DNA of 31,891 nucleotides from IMG/VR virus record IMGVR_UViG_2645727640_000044, positions 1 to 31,891 of that record. The stretch is one strand, 5' to 3'. Of the stretch, positions 1-9,656 are shown one piece after another. The stretch comes from a virus (Duplodnaviria > Heunggongvirae > Uroviricota > Caudoviricetes). The notes below the pieces were generated by a model. The model did not search any database. It was given only the letters and a program-made list of their open reading frames with translations, and was not told where the DNA came from. The position numbers and the translations under genes were made by a program. Every line of letters starts with the position of its first letter. Within the stretch, counting starts at the first letter, position 1.

Positions 1-3000
1 AATCCTGAGTTGGAACAATAACCGTTAGCCCTTCTTCAGCAGAAACCCGCACAGGAAAAGCCCTGCCTTCAACGTAAAAAACGCTGCATACATCATCTTC
101 TTTAAGGCTTGTTACAATGGAATGGATTGCGCGCTCATTAGTCTGATACGTCGAAAAATAACCTGCCGCATATGAACCACGATCAGTCCAGCCACCAGGC
201 ATTACCATTCCATTGAATTCGCAGTTATTCATTGCGTAATCACCACTGGCAGATGTGGTCGTTATAATCACTCTGGAAGCCAGCTCGCCAGTGCTGCCTG
301 TGGAACGCCGGAAAATAACTGGATACCACTTTCCACCAACTGCATTAGACGGCGCATTAAATGCGTACTGCCGCATTCCTTTTTTCTTATCCACTTCGCC
401 TTTGCTGTAAACATTAATGTTACTCAGGAAGCGATCTTTATCAGGAATATCCGCGCCGTTCTGGTTTTTTTGCAATGATCCAGCGGCTAATTCTACGGTT
501 TGCTCAAGATTTAAATCTTCCGCCGTTAGCTCAATATTTTTAGAACCATCAAACGAGACGCCGTTGATAGTACATGCTGTCTGCAACTTGGTCGCTGTCG
601 CTGCATTACCGGTTGTGTTCTGGTTACCAGCAATGTTTACACCCGGCAGGTTGATATCGGCAGAGCCATCAAACGCCACACCAGCAATTTTCCTTGCTGT
701 CTGCAATTTTGTGGCGGTTGCGGCATTACCAGTAGTGTTCTGATTACCAGTTGTATTCACACCAGGGATTGAATCCTTAGCGGTATATACCTGTGCCCAC
801 GCTGACCATGCTGCATCAGTGGTATCTCTTCGGGAGCGAATGAAAACCGGCGCATGTGCACCGCTCGTACCACTCCAGCCAATAAGCAACTCACCCTCGC
901 CAGCAGCACTCGCACCTTTCATGTGCAATACGTTGCCATACGTGGTCGGATAGCTATTGTTGTACGCCTCGTACATTTGAATGCCAGCAGTGCCTTGAGT
1001 AGAGCCGCTTAACGCCGTAACTCGGCCACGAGATACCAATGTATTAATGTTGATATCGCCTGAGCCATCAAACTTAACACCATTGATGTTTCTCGCTGTT
1101 TGCAACTTCGTAGCTGTTGAAGCATTACCGTTCAAACTACCATTTATGCCACCAGTAACATTTAGTCCATTACCAATAGACACAACACCGCTAGTATTAT
1201 TAATTGTAATCGGTCGCAAGCCGTTCCATGAACCTAACGTATCTCCTGATGCTGTTAGCATGAAATATGTGCTGCCGCCGTCATTACGGATAAAGAACCC
1301 AAAGCTACCGTAAGCAATGCGGAAACCATTTGCATATTTTGAAACGATCTCACCAGAAGATGTCAAACCTCCAGATAATGTACCACCGGTAAGAGGTAAT
1401 GCACCAACGTCAGATGCAGTTGGTTTGTTTTTCGTGTTATATACTCTTCGCCATCCTGGAGAATAATCTGTGCCATTAAATACATAGATAAACTCCGCAT
1501 TAGTGAGAGCACCGGAAACACTTGTCGTTGTGGCCGTTGTTATGCGGATCGTATAATTATTTGAACTACTACCGTTATTAAATACTTCTATAACAGCTCC
1601 TGCCAATGGAATAACGCCACAACCAGTTTCACTATTTGGTATGGTTGCGCTATTGGCATAGGCCCACGCACATCGAGCAATCCATGCCTTTGTGTTAAAG
1701 GCTCCATTATTTTGCAATAACGTCACTAACTGGGCTGTTGTTATTGCTCCGCCATTACTTCCTGTAGTTAACCAACCAGTAGGAGATGCCGGGCAACCTA
1801 TATTTGCTGGCGACAAGGAAATATTTGCCGAGCCGTCAAACGACACCCCATTGATAGTACGCGCAGTCTGCAACTTCGTAGCAGTAGCCGCATTACCTGT
1901 TGTATTCTGATTACCAGTCGTATTAACACCTGGCAAATTAATATTTGCAGTACCATCAAAGCTCACGCCGCCGATAGTTCTTGCCGTCTGTAGTTTTGTA
2001 GCAGTTGCGGCATTACCAGTGGTGTTCTGATTACCCGTAGTGTTTACACCTGGAAGATTAATATTGGCAGAACCGTCGAAACCAACTCCACCGATAGTTC
2101 TTGTCGTCTGTAATTTCGTTGCTGTACTTGCATTACCATTCAATGAACCAGTTAATCCGCCTGTAACAGACAACGGACCAGAAACTGTTCCTCCGGTTGT
2201 TGGCAGTGCTCCAATATCTGATGGCGTAGGTTTCTGATGTGAGCTATACATCGTATAAACAACACCATCGGTAACGCTGGCAGGCTTACTCGCTGAATAT
2301 GTTGGCGATGTATAAATAGAAACTGACGCATTTGCAGTACAATCCCAGTGGACATTTACACTCGTCGCATAATTGCCAATCTCAACATAAATATCATATG
2401 TATCGCCGGATGTATTCACCCATGCAAAATTAGTAAATCCAACCGATGTCCTTCGCCATAACGCACCAGTAAGACCTTTTGGATTTCCATTTCCCGCACG
2501 AAGAACAAGTTCAGATATACCAGCCTGCATAGGGGAGTTAACATTATATCCAGCACCACCAATCAATGTGATGTAAACGATGGAACTCGCTTGTGGCATG
2601 GTAACCGTAGCCAGTTTGAACCACCCAGCCCCGCCAGAGAAAGACATCGTTACTGAATTTAAAGTACCAATATCTTTCGGCGTTAATGTTATATCCGCAG
2701 TCAGTGCTTTTCCGTTAATTTTTCGGTTAGATGGCACCCTGCTATTCGCATTGTCATTGGCTGCTTTAACTGCTTTTGGCGTTGCGGCCAGCGATTCACT
2801 GGTGCTATCGACAGCACTGCTAAGTTTCACAACACCTTTAGTTGTAAGGCTTGCGTCTTCCATCGCAACTGCACCGGCAATCTCTTCAGCACGATCAGCA
2901 GCAGCTTCCGCACGGGTCGCAGCGGATTCAGCAGCAGTTTTGCTCTGAGATGCAGCCGTCGCACTGCCTGCCGCCTCTGTTGCTTTCGTGGATGCCGTTG

Positions 3001-4225
3001 AAGCACTGCCCTTCGCTTCTGATGCCTGCTTGGTCGCCTCATCTTTTGAAGCGGATGCTGAGGAGGCTGATGCAGACGCAGAACTTGCAGATTCAGCAGC
3101 TGCCGCCTTAGAGGAAGCAGCATTGTCTTCTGAAGTCTTTGCATTTGTTTCAGAGGTTTTTGCTGCCGATGCTGAATTTTTAGCAGCTGTAGCCTGACTC
3201 GTCGCCTCTGTCGCTTTTGTGGTAGCTGTTGTCGCTGATGACAATGCGCTATCCGCAGATTTTCCTGCCGCTGTTGCACTTGATGAAGCACTATCCGCAC
3301 TTGCTGAGGCTGCGCTTGCTGACGCTTCTGCCGCAGATTTCGAACTGTTTGCAGACGATGCACTCTGTTCGGCTGCCGTTTCAGATGCTTTTGCGTTTGC
3401 CTCTGACGTTTTTGCTGCCTTAGACGAATTTGCAGCTTCTGTTGCCGATGATGCTGCCGCGTTTGCGCTCGATGAAGCGTTAGTCTCTGATGCTTTGGCT
3501 GCATCCTTAGATGCAGAGGCACTGGACGCAGATGTTGCTGCCTCCGATGCTTTGGCCGACGCTACAGATGCTGATTCTGCTGCCGCTTCTTTTGCGGCTT
3601 GTGCGTTCGTTTCAGATTTTTTCGCAGCAGTTGCGCTCGCACTTGCAGCACTTTGTGAGGATGCCGCAGCGGATGCACTTTGAGACGCTTGAGAGGCTTT
3701 TTCTCCAGCGGTATTGGCGCTTTCTGCTGCTGCGGCAGCACTGGCCGCCGCCTCACGAGCTTTGTCGCCAGCAGCATCAATCGCGTCAGTGTTATTTTTA
3801 TACCACTCAACGTTTTCGTTGTGCTCGTTGACGATCTGCATTAGCGGCTTAACGGTCACTTCTGTACCGTCTTCACGCTCGATTGTCACCTCATCCAGAG
3901 CAGTCAACCAACTGCGCATGGACTTGGAATCAGCCGACATACGCGACATTAGTGCAGTAAAGCGCGCGCTAAACTGTGTTAAGTCGCCTTCATAGGTCGT
4001 AATGATTCGGCACGGAACTTCAGACTGAGTTTCGCCGGTATAAGGTTCTGAGAGAACAATGTTCGTATCACTGGTTACGCGCTTGATCTCATACAGCTTA
4101 TTGTCGGGGCCAATGACGATCATCCCCGGCAACACACCATTAGCTGTTACGTTCCAGGCTGTCCCTGCCCCAACCAGAGTATTGCTGCCCTGTGTAAATG
4201 TGATAGTACCTTCCCTGTACCACAT
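1..4225 (-). CDS. Side tail fiber protein, lambda Stf-like; 3' end lies beyond the window (C-terminus truncated)
   Basis: Minus-strand frame open from ATG at 4223..4225 (AAGGAG 11 nt upstream) to position 1; no complete minus ORF is listed here by the track, consistent with one uninterrupted frame. My translation begins MWYREGTITFTQGSNTLVGAGTAWNV, then an Ala/Ser/Lys/Glu low-complexity tract (KTSEANAKASETAAEQSASS...), then LSSAVDSTSESLAATPKAVKAA, which I recall as closely matching lambda Stf. Followed by at least five ~40-aa repeats of the phage tail-fibre repeat type (NTTGNQNTTGNAATATKLQTARTIGGVSFDGSANINLPGV). The plus-strand ORFs 417..4388 in the track are mirror frames of this gene. Confidence 0.8.
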   Translation of the reverse strand, partial: MWYREGTITFTQGSNTLVGAGTAWNVTANGVLPGMIVIGPDNKLYEIKRVTSDTNIVLSEPYTGETQSEVPCRIITTYEGDLTQFSARFTALMSRMSADSKSMRSWLTALDEVTIEREDGTEVTVKPLMQIVNEHNENVEWYKNNTDAIDAAGDKAREAAASAAAAAESANTAGEKASQASQSASAAASSQSAASASATAAKKSETNAQAAKEAAAESASVASAKASEAATSASSASASKDAAKASETNASSSANAAASSATEAANSSKAAKTSEANAKASETAAEQSASSANSSKSAAEASASAASASADSASSSATAAGKSADSALSSATTATTKATEATSQATAAKNSASAAKTSETNAKTSEDNAASSKAAAAESASSASASASSASASKDEATKQASEAKGSASTASTKATEAAGSATAASQSKTAAESAATRAEAAADRAEEIAGAVAMEDASLTTKGVVKLSSAVDSTSESLAATPKAVKAANDNANSRVPSNRKINGKALTADITLTPKDIGTLNSVTMSFSGGAGWFKLATVTMPQASSIVYITLIGGAGYNVNSPMQAGISELVLRAGNGNPKGLTGALWRRTSVGFTNFAWVNTSGDTYDIYVEIGNYATSVNVHWDCTANASVSIYTSPTYSASKPASVTDGVVYTMYSSHQKPTPSDIGALPTTGGTVSGPLSVTGGLTGSLNGNASTATKLQTTRTIGGVGFDGSANINLPGVNTTGNQNTTGNAATATKLQTARTIGGVSFDGTANINLPGVNTTGNQNTTGNAATATKLQTARTINGVSFDGSANISLSPANIGCPASPTGWLTTGSNGGAITTAQLVTLLQNNGAFNTKAWIARCAWAYANSATIPNSETGCGVIPLAGAVIEVFNNGSSSNNYTIRITTATTTSVSGALTNAEFIYVFNGTDYSPGWRRVYNTKNKPTASDVGALPLTGGTLSGGLTSSGEIVSKYANGFRIAYGSFGFFIRNDGGSTYFMLTASGDTLGSWNGLRPITINNTSGVVSIGNGLNVTGGINGSLNGNASTATKLQTARNINGVKFDGSGDININTLVSRGRVTALSGSTQGTAGIQMYEAYNNSYPTTYGNVLHMKGASAAGEGELLIGWSGTSGAHAPVFIRSRRDTTDAAWSAWAQVYTAKDSIPGVNTTGNQNTTGNAATATKLQTARKIAGVAFDGSADINLPGVNIAGNQNTTGNAATATKLQTACTINGVSFDGSKNIELTAEDLNLEQTVELAAGSLQKNQNGADIPDKDRFLSNINVYSKGEVDKKKGMRQYAFNAPSNAVGGKWYPVIFRRSTGSTGELASRVIITTTSASGDYAMNNCEFNGMVMPGGWTDRGSYAAGYFSTYQTNERAIHSIVTSLKEDDVCSVFYVEGRAFPVRVSAEEGLTVIVPTQD
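500..2160 (-). repeat. Tail-fibre-repeat coding units (about 120-nt period) inside the Stf-like gene
   Basis: Near-identical DNA blocks at about 545-775, 1050-1150 and 1830-2150 encoding ...GNAATATKLQTARTI.GV.FDGSANI.LPGV...; the plus-strand track ORFs ending ...AVCNFVAVAALPVVF are the antisense reading of these units. Confidence 0.7.
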
Positions 4226-4246
4226 GTTGAATATGCTCCTTGATTT

Positions 4247-4267
4247 GGTGGGCTATCCTTGCCCACC
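4247..4267 (-). other. Hairpin GGTGGGC-N7-GCCCACC in the 5' leader of the Stf-like gene
   Basis: Perfect 7-bp stem 18 nt upstream of the AAGGAG RBS; same stem sequence as the hairpin after the capsid gene (21243..21269); no U-tract. Confidence 0.35.
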
Positions 4268-4317
4268 ATTAAGTATGTACCTACTTATTTTTACCGATAT
4301 AAATATTTTTTTCTACA

Positions 4318-7300
4318 TTACAGAAGGCCAATTCTTACTCGTAGGACGTTGTTATCGTCATAAACGTCAATCCGCTGACCATTTATGACCAGTCGCCCAT
4401 TGCCGCCGCTATTACCGTTGATCTCAAGCGTTCCATTTTTGCCGAATCGCCATCCAGATCTACCGCTAACAAAATTGGTAGATTGCAGATCGCCTACTTT
4501 TGCATTGGTGATTGTGCCATCCTTGATATACGCTCCATTCATATAGGCGATACTGTTTTCGATAACAAATGGCGTTGTGATCTTCCCGTTAACAGAGTTG
4601 ACCAAACCAAACCTGTCCGCCTGAACCAAAAACTGAGATAGCCCAGTGGTGTCAATACCAAGCGCAATACCGGCAACATACTTCTGCCCTCCGCTCGTTG
4701 AAGTCTCCATTTTCAACGTCCACGCGGTTGACACTTTTTTGTTGGTATCAGCAATAGCTGTTGCCTGCTGTTGAATTGTCGCGGTATTTCCATCCACCTC
4801 TGCTTTCAGAGTATCGATTCGCCCACTCAGAGCATTATCTGCCTGCGTTCTCGCTGTCGTTTCAGTTGTTACCGCCGCGGAAATGTTGGCTGCCGTTTGA
4901 GACTCTAAGTTTGTGATTTGAGTCGCCAATGCAGCATCTTGCTCTGTACGCGTTTTCGTTTCGGTTGCTACAGCCGCTTTAATATCCTCTTTGTATTGAG
5001 AGGTCAGCTTGGTGATCTGAGACGACAACGCCGAGTCAGCATCAGTTCGAGCCTGCGTTTCAACTGCAACGGCCGCACTAATATCTTTCGCTGTCTGTGC
5101 TTTTAAACTTGAAACCTCTTTTGTTAAAGCGGTATCACCATCAGCACGAGCCGTTGTTTCTCTGGCAAGAGATGCCTCGAGATCATTAGCTTTTGCTGTA
5201 AGAGACGAAATCTGAGTGGACAATGCACTATCGGCATCAGTCCTTGCCTTTGTCTCTACAGCAACCGCTGCGGCAATATCAGTTCCGGTTTGTGCTCGCA
5301 GGCTGTTAATTTCTCGTGAGAGCGCCTGGTCAGCACTTGCTCTGGCCTCCTGCTCCTGAGTGATGGCAGCGGATATATCACCGTCAACCTTTGACTGAAG
5401 CTGGTTTATTTGTTTGGCTAACGCAGAGTCCCCGCTTGCTCGGGCCTCCTGCTCACTACGTATTGCAGCAGAAATATCATCATCAACCTTTGCCTGAAGT
5501 TGGGTGATCTGGCTTGCCAGAGCCGAATCTTCCGTTGCTCGGGCTTCTTGCTCTTCCTTAATAGCTGCGACGATATCGTTGCTTACTTTCGACTCAAGCT
5601 GAGTGATCTGTGTCGTCAGAGCTTCATCGGCAGATGTACGAGCCTCCTGCTCTGTACTAATCGCCGCGCTGATATCTCCTTCAAACTTAGATTGCAGCTG
5701 AGTGACACGCTTTGCCAACGCTTCATCGCCATCGGCACGAGCGGTGGACTCTTCCAGAATACTGGCCTTAATGTCTTCGCCAATTTCTACGCGAATTTCC
5801 TCAACCTTCGTGGCCATTGCAGACATATCATCAGCAAAGGTTTTCTGTGTTGTTGCGATCTTCGCGTTATTGACCATCTGCTTGTGCTGGTCTTCATCTT
5901 GACGAAGAGCCAGGTCAATATTTGTTTTGGCCAAAGCCTCAATGTTCGTAGTCAGTTCTGCACTGGCACGATCGACCTCTGCAACCGTCTTTTTCATTTC
6001 TTCAACGGCAGCGGAGCTTTCCTCTACCGTTGACTGCAACACTTCCAGTTGTTTAGCGTTTGCAGCATCACCTTCAACACGAGCCTCGCTTTCCTTAGCA
6101 ATAAGAGCCGCCGCTTCATCTCTTGCAGCCTTTATTGCCTCGACTGTATTAGCGAGAGCTTTATCGTGTTCAGATACGGTATTTTCGATTTCAACAATTG
6201 CAGCATCAGTAGCATCAATTTTTTCAAACGCTTCATTGACCTTGTCGATCGTTGCCGAAACCTCACCTTTAAGCTCGGTTTGTGCGTTCTCCAAAGCATC
6301 GCTACGCTCGTTGAATTTTATTTCAAAATCCGCGAGGTTATCGCTGAACTGCTTATCTAATTCAGCTATATCTTCCTTAACGTCGTTTACCGCCCCCTCC
6401 AAAGATTCGACGCTCTGGTTGATATGCTCATTTAACTCGTCAACGGCTTCTTGAGAGGCTTTGCTGTTGATGTCCTCAAGCAGAGCCTGACCAAGCTCGG
6501 AAGATGTAATTTTGCCAGTCAGGAACGACAGTACATCGCGAGTTGTCGCCTCTGTACCCAAGTTTGAGTTCGGAGGACTTAACATACCTCGCTTGTTCGA
6601 TGCTCGAACCCAGTAATACCACGTTTCGCTATCCCCAAGACCAGCATGTGTAAAGGTGGTGCTTGCAGACTCTGCGATCAGTTTCGCCGTATCCAGATTA
6701 TTGGTCTGGGACGCGTAAACATTAATGTGATCAAGGTCTACCGAATCTGGATTAACCCAATTCAGTATCACATTACGATAGTCTCCAACGGCCGTTAATG
6801 ACGTTGGGGCATCTGGCGGTGTCATTGTGCCCAGCACCTGATAAACGGTACTGATAATCTCTGTTTTTTTACCGTTGAATGAAACCGCATACAGCTGGAA
6901 GTCGTAGCGTCCATTCTCCGCAACATTAACGATTTCGTATTGCTCTTCGGTTACACGCGCCGATTGCCAGTTCGATACATTGTTTTCATCAGAACGTCGC
7001 CAACTGATCCAATACTCTGGAGATTTCCCTTCCCATGTTGCAGTCAGTTTTACTGACAGGTTGCCAGGGCTTGAGAGATAAGTCCCTTCGGTGATTTGCA
7101 AATTAGACGGCTTGGAGTAAGTCGGGTCCAATACCGTCGTATTTTGCGGGATAAGCGTTGCACCATTGTCGATCGCCTCATATTTAGACGGATTGTTCTC
7201 AACAGCGGTGATGTCAAAGCTACCCGGCGTTTCCCCCTGCGCGATGTTAACGATGCGAACGCGCATAGGTTCGAGGTCTGGTTCTGTAATAGTCCAGACG

Positions 7301-9045
7301 CCGTTCAAAACAGGCGTTTCAGCCGAAGACAGGGCTTTTGAAAACGTAACTTTTGTTATATTTTCGCCAGTTTCAAGAACATCGCGTTCAACGATTTTGC
7401 CTTCCTGATTCAGTATTCGAATAAAGCAGCCGCCTTTGGCTAACGACACAGGCGCATCGAGTGTGACGCTGTTTTTGGTAAACGCCACAATTCGACCTGA
7501 GTTACGTTTGCCTGCGCGATATTTGTTCTGAATCAGAACGGTTTCACCAGGCATCAGAAATGACGCGTCTAAGCCGGCAGTAAATGTAATTACATCCGAC
7601 TCCATTCTGGCGGTATATAAAAGCCATAAACCAACTCGGTGAGCCTGCCCTCGGCTTGTACAGCCAAATGCTACGACTTCTGTCTTACGCTCACCATAAC
7701 GGCGCATTGCGTCCTGATCTTCAACGTACTCGATGTTTTGCTTATAACCGTCCTCCTTGTTGTTGTAGGTTACGAGCGCAACGGATGGGCGATCTTTACG
7801 CGCAGAACCTTTATAGGTAAACAATCCATCTTTGACGTTAGAGTTGGTAAACATCATTACCGGATCTGATGGGCTATCCTGCATGATGTTAACCATCCCA
7901 CCAGCCCAAAACACCATGCCGCGGAATGCTCCAGCAATATCCTGAATTAGCCGGTATGCGTCCTGTCGACTGGTGATCTGCGTATTGATTGCAAAGCGTT
8001 TCTCTTTGCCACCAAAGCCATCATCGACCTCTTCGTCACAATATCGACCAATCTGGTACAACTGGCCAAGGTCAATCATAGATTCCGACACATACTGACC
8101 AAGGCCATATCGAGCATTGGTCAGCAAATCAAAGAGAATCCACGCGGGGTTCGAAGAAGACAACAGCTTAAAAGTACCATCCCATACCCCAGCGTAAGTG
8201 TTACTTGACTCGTTATAGTTTGAAGGTACTCGAATTTTTAGGCCACGCACCAGATAAGAGCGAGATGGCATGGTGCTGCCGAATTGCTCAGAGTTTACCT
8301 TCAATCCAACCAAAACAGAGTTTGGATAGTTCATCGGTGTATCGACAATTTCCCCGATTGAATCCACCCATGTATCGTTATAGAGATACTGGCTACTGTT
8401 ATCATCGGTAATACGGACTACACGAACCTTGTATGCGCGTCCAGGCTTAGGCAGCTTCAGCTCGTAGCTACGGTAATAAACGCCGGTCTTCTTTGCTGTT
8501 AGCTTAATGCCAACGCTTTTTTCACCTTCCGCGACCACATCTACAAATGTTGAGTCGCCATTTGCTATCTGGAACTTGTACTCAACAGTCGTACCGTTCG
8601 TGTCACCAGTTTTTTTATCTATGCTTCGCAAAGAAGGAAACTTCATGATGACACGAACCCGATCAGCTTCATCGTTATCGATTGAAACCGTTACATAATG
8701 TGTTTTTTTTAACTGGATATTGACGGATTTAGGCGTTTCAACGAAATCAAAGCCAGACATTGGAGTCTGGTCTTGTGAACCGTCGCGAAAATCCCATGTG
8801 ATTCCGCTGAAGTTGGAGGAACCGTCTTCATTTACAATCGGCAGATCGTCGATAAAAATAGATCTTGTGCCATTTACTAAGCCGCCAATTACCCCTTCCC
8901 CAAGAAGATCGAGGATAGCGGCCATTGCACGAGAATTTACGGTATCGTCGGCTTCAACCGGTGTACGGCTGGAGCTTTTGCTGCTTTTTTTACCACCCGC
9001 ACCGGCAATAAACAGCGGTAGCTTTTTCTTCTTGAACTGTTCCAT
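4318..9045 (-). CDS. Central tail fiber / host specificity protein, lambda J-like (about 1575 aa)
   Basis: Track ORF 4318..9051 (1577 aa) starts on TTG; ATG at 9043..9045 has AAGGA 10 nt upstream. Size, position after the I-like gene, and an N-terminal region typical of J-family tip proteins. Contains a long coiled-coil stalk with ten 33-aa tandem repeats before a C-terminal domain of about 150 aa. Confidence 0.85.
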   Translation of the reverse strand: MEQFKKKKLPLFIAGAGGKKSSKSSSRTPVEADDTVNSRAMAAILDLLGEGVIGGLVNGTRSIFIDDLPIVNEDGSSNFSGITWDFRDGSQDQTPMSGFDFVETPKSVNIQLKKTHYVTVSIDNDEADRVRVIMKFPSLRSIDKKTGDTNGTTVEYKFQIANGDSTFVDVVAEGEKSVGIKLTAKKTGVYYRSYELKLPKPGRAYKVRVVRITDDNSSQYLYNDTWVDSIGEIVDTPMNYPNSVLVGLKVNSEQFGSTMPSRSYLVRGLKIRVPSNYNESSNTYAGVWDGTFKLLSSSNPAWILFDLLTNARYGLGQYVSESMIDLGQLYQIGRYCDEEVDDGFGGKEKRFAINTQITSRQDAYRLIQDIAGAFRGMVFWAGGMVNIMQDSPSDPVMMFTNSNVKDGLFTYKGSARKDRPSVALVTYNNKEDGYKQNIEYVEDQDAMRRYGERKTEVVAFGCTSRGQAHRVGLWLLYTARMESDVITFTAGLDASFLMPGETVLIQNKYRAGKRNSGRIVAFTKNSVTLDAPVSLAKGGCFIRILNQEGKIVERDVLETGENITKVTFSKALSSAETPVLNGVWTITEPDLEPMRVRIVNIAQGETPGSFDITAVENNPSKYEAIDNGATLIPQNTTVLDPTYSKPSNLQITEGTYLSSPGNLSVKLTATWEGKSPEYWISWRRSDENNVSNWQSARVTEEQYEIVNVAENGRYDFQLYAVSFNGKKTEIISTVYQVLGTMTPPDAPTSLTAVGDYRNVILNWVNPDSVDLDHINVYASQTNNLDTAKLIAESASTTFTHAGLGDSETWYYWVRASNKRGMLSPPNSNLGTEATTRDVLSFLTGKITSSELGQALLEDINSKASQEAVDELNEHINQSVESLEGAVNDVKEDIAELDKQFSDNLADFEIKFNERSDALENAQTELKGEVSATIDKVNEAFEKIDATDAAIVEIENTVSEHDKALANTVEAIKAARDEAAALIAKESEARVEGDAANAKQLEVLQSTVEESSAAVEEMKKTVAEVDRASAELTTNIEALAKTNIDLALRQDEDQHKQMVNNAKIATTQKTFADDMSAMATKVEEIRVEIGEDIKASILEESTARADGDEALAKRVTQLQSKFEGDISAAISTEQEARTSADEALTTQITQLESKVSNDIVAAIKEEQEARATEDSALASQITQLQAKVDDDISAAIRSEQEARASGDSALAKQINQLQSKVDGDISAAITQEQEARASADQALSREINSLRAQTGTDIAAAVAVETKARTDADSALSTQISSLTAKANDLEASLARETTARADGDTALTKEVSSLKAQTAKDISAAVAVETQARTDADSALSSQITKLTSQYKEDIKAAVATETKTRTEQDAALATQITNLESQTAANISAAVTTETTARTQADNALSGRIDTLKAEVDGNTATIQQQATAIADTNKKVSTAWTLKMETSTSGGQKYVAGIALGIDTTGLSQFLVQADRFGLVNSVNGKITTPFVIENSIAYMNGAYIKDGTITNAKVGDLQSTNFVSGRSGWRFGKNGTLEINGNSGGNGRLVINGQRIDVYDDNNVLRVRIGLL
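4765..5760 (-). repeat. About ten tandem 99-nt (33-aa) coding repeats inside the J-like gene
   Basis: Protein repeats of the form DISAAI.xEQEARAxxDxALxxQIxQLxSKVxx read directly from the translation; the DNA shows the same periodicity. Boundaries approximate. Confidence 0.7.
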
Positions 9046-9062
9046 GTTCAAAAAATCCTTGT

Positions 9063-9656
9063 TTACATTAGCTGGTCAATCGTGATTGAAGAACTCACAA
9101 CCTGTGAGCCAACCAGAATTTCCTCGCCATAGATAAGTTGTACTGGGTTGCCCTGGTTTTCTGTATTTTGAGGGCCGTCGAAATAATAAGAGTTCGAGTT
9201 ATCTGCCTGTCTCACACTTTCGTTAGTGGCTTGCGGCGATATGATTTGTGATATGCCGCCCATCATCAGTGACAAACCGAGAGGTGCTAAAGCAGGCATC
9301 ACTACCGCCGATACAACCAACAAAGCGGCCCCTACTACCGTCTGAAACCACCCAAAAGCAGATCCACCGCTTCCTCGCGGAACAGGTGTAATGCGGATTT
9401 TGGCAATGTTGTCAGACTGCCCCATCATCTGATATTCACTTTCGTCAACAGACCACTTGTGGCCCTGTTTATTGGTGATCTGGATGTGGTAACGGTCATA
9501 GGTTTTGATATTGCGCTTCATCCATGCTTTAAACCCAGGCTTGTTGGCCTCAATTAAATCCAGAGCCTGTTTTGTATTGCGCACCTTTAGATGCCAGTGG
9601 CGGCCAAAATGTTTGGCCATAGGGCCGCCAAGCTGCACATGAACTAACTCAGACAC
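9063..9656 (-). CDS. Tail assembly protein, lambda I-like
   Basis: 197-aa ORF in the position lambda I occupies (after K, before J); hydrophobic central segment GWFQTVVGAALLVVSAVVMPALAPLGLSLMMGG. Start is GTG at 9656 with AAGGGAG upstream; overlaps the K-like gene end by 13 nt. Confidence 0.75.
   Translation of the reverse strand: MSELVHVQLGGPMAKHFGRHWHLKVRNTKQALDLIEANKPGFKAWMKRNIKTYDRYHIQITNKQGHKWSVDESEYQMMGQSDNIAKIRITPVPRGSGGSAFGWFQTVVGAALLVVSAVVMPALAPLGLSLMMGGISQIISPQATNESVRQADNSNSYYFDGPQNTENQGNPVQLIYGEEILVGSQVVSSSITIDQLM

Noticed and set aside
500-2160. Regularly spaced near-identical direct repeats that could be mistaken for a CRISPR array
   Set aside because: The repeats are about 120 nt, lie inside an open reading frame, encode a protein repeat, and have no short unique spacers.
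2827-3522. Minus-strand 231-aa Gln/Arg-rich ORF
   Set aside because: Wrong frame of the Ala/Ser-rich tract of the Stf-like gene; the true frame runs uninterrupted from 4225 to position 1.
417-4388. About a dozen plus-strand track ORFs (for example 417..743, 1692..1910, 2580..2948, 3219..3683, 3714..3995) with Ala- or Leu-rich repetitive translations
   Set aside because: They are antisense or mirror-frame readings of the repeat-rich Stf-like gene on the minus strand; their periodicity copies the fibre repeats and they have no RBS context.
4918-6454. Plus-strand ORFs inside the J-like gene (5500..6033, 5927..6454, 6049..6360 and others)
   Set aside because: Antisense to a long, well-supported minus-strand gene; low-complexity translations caused by the coding repeats.
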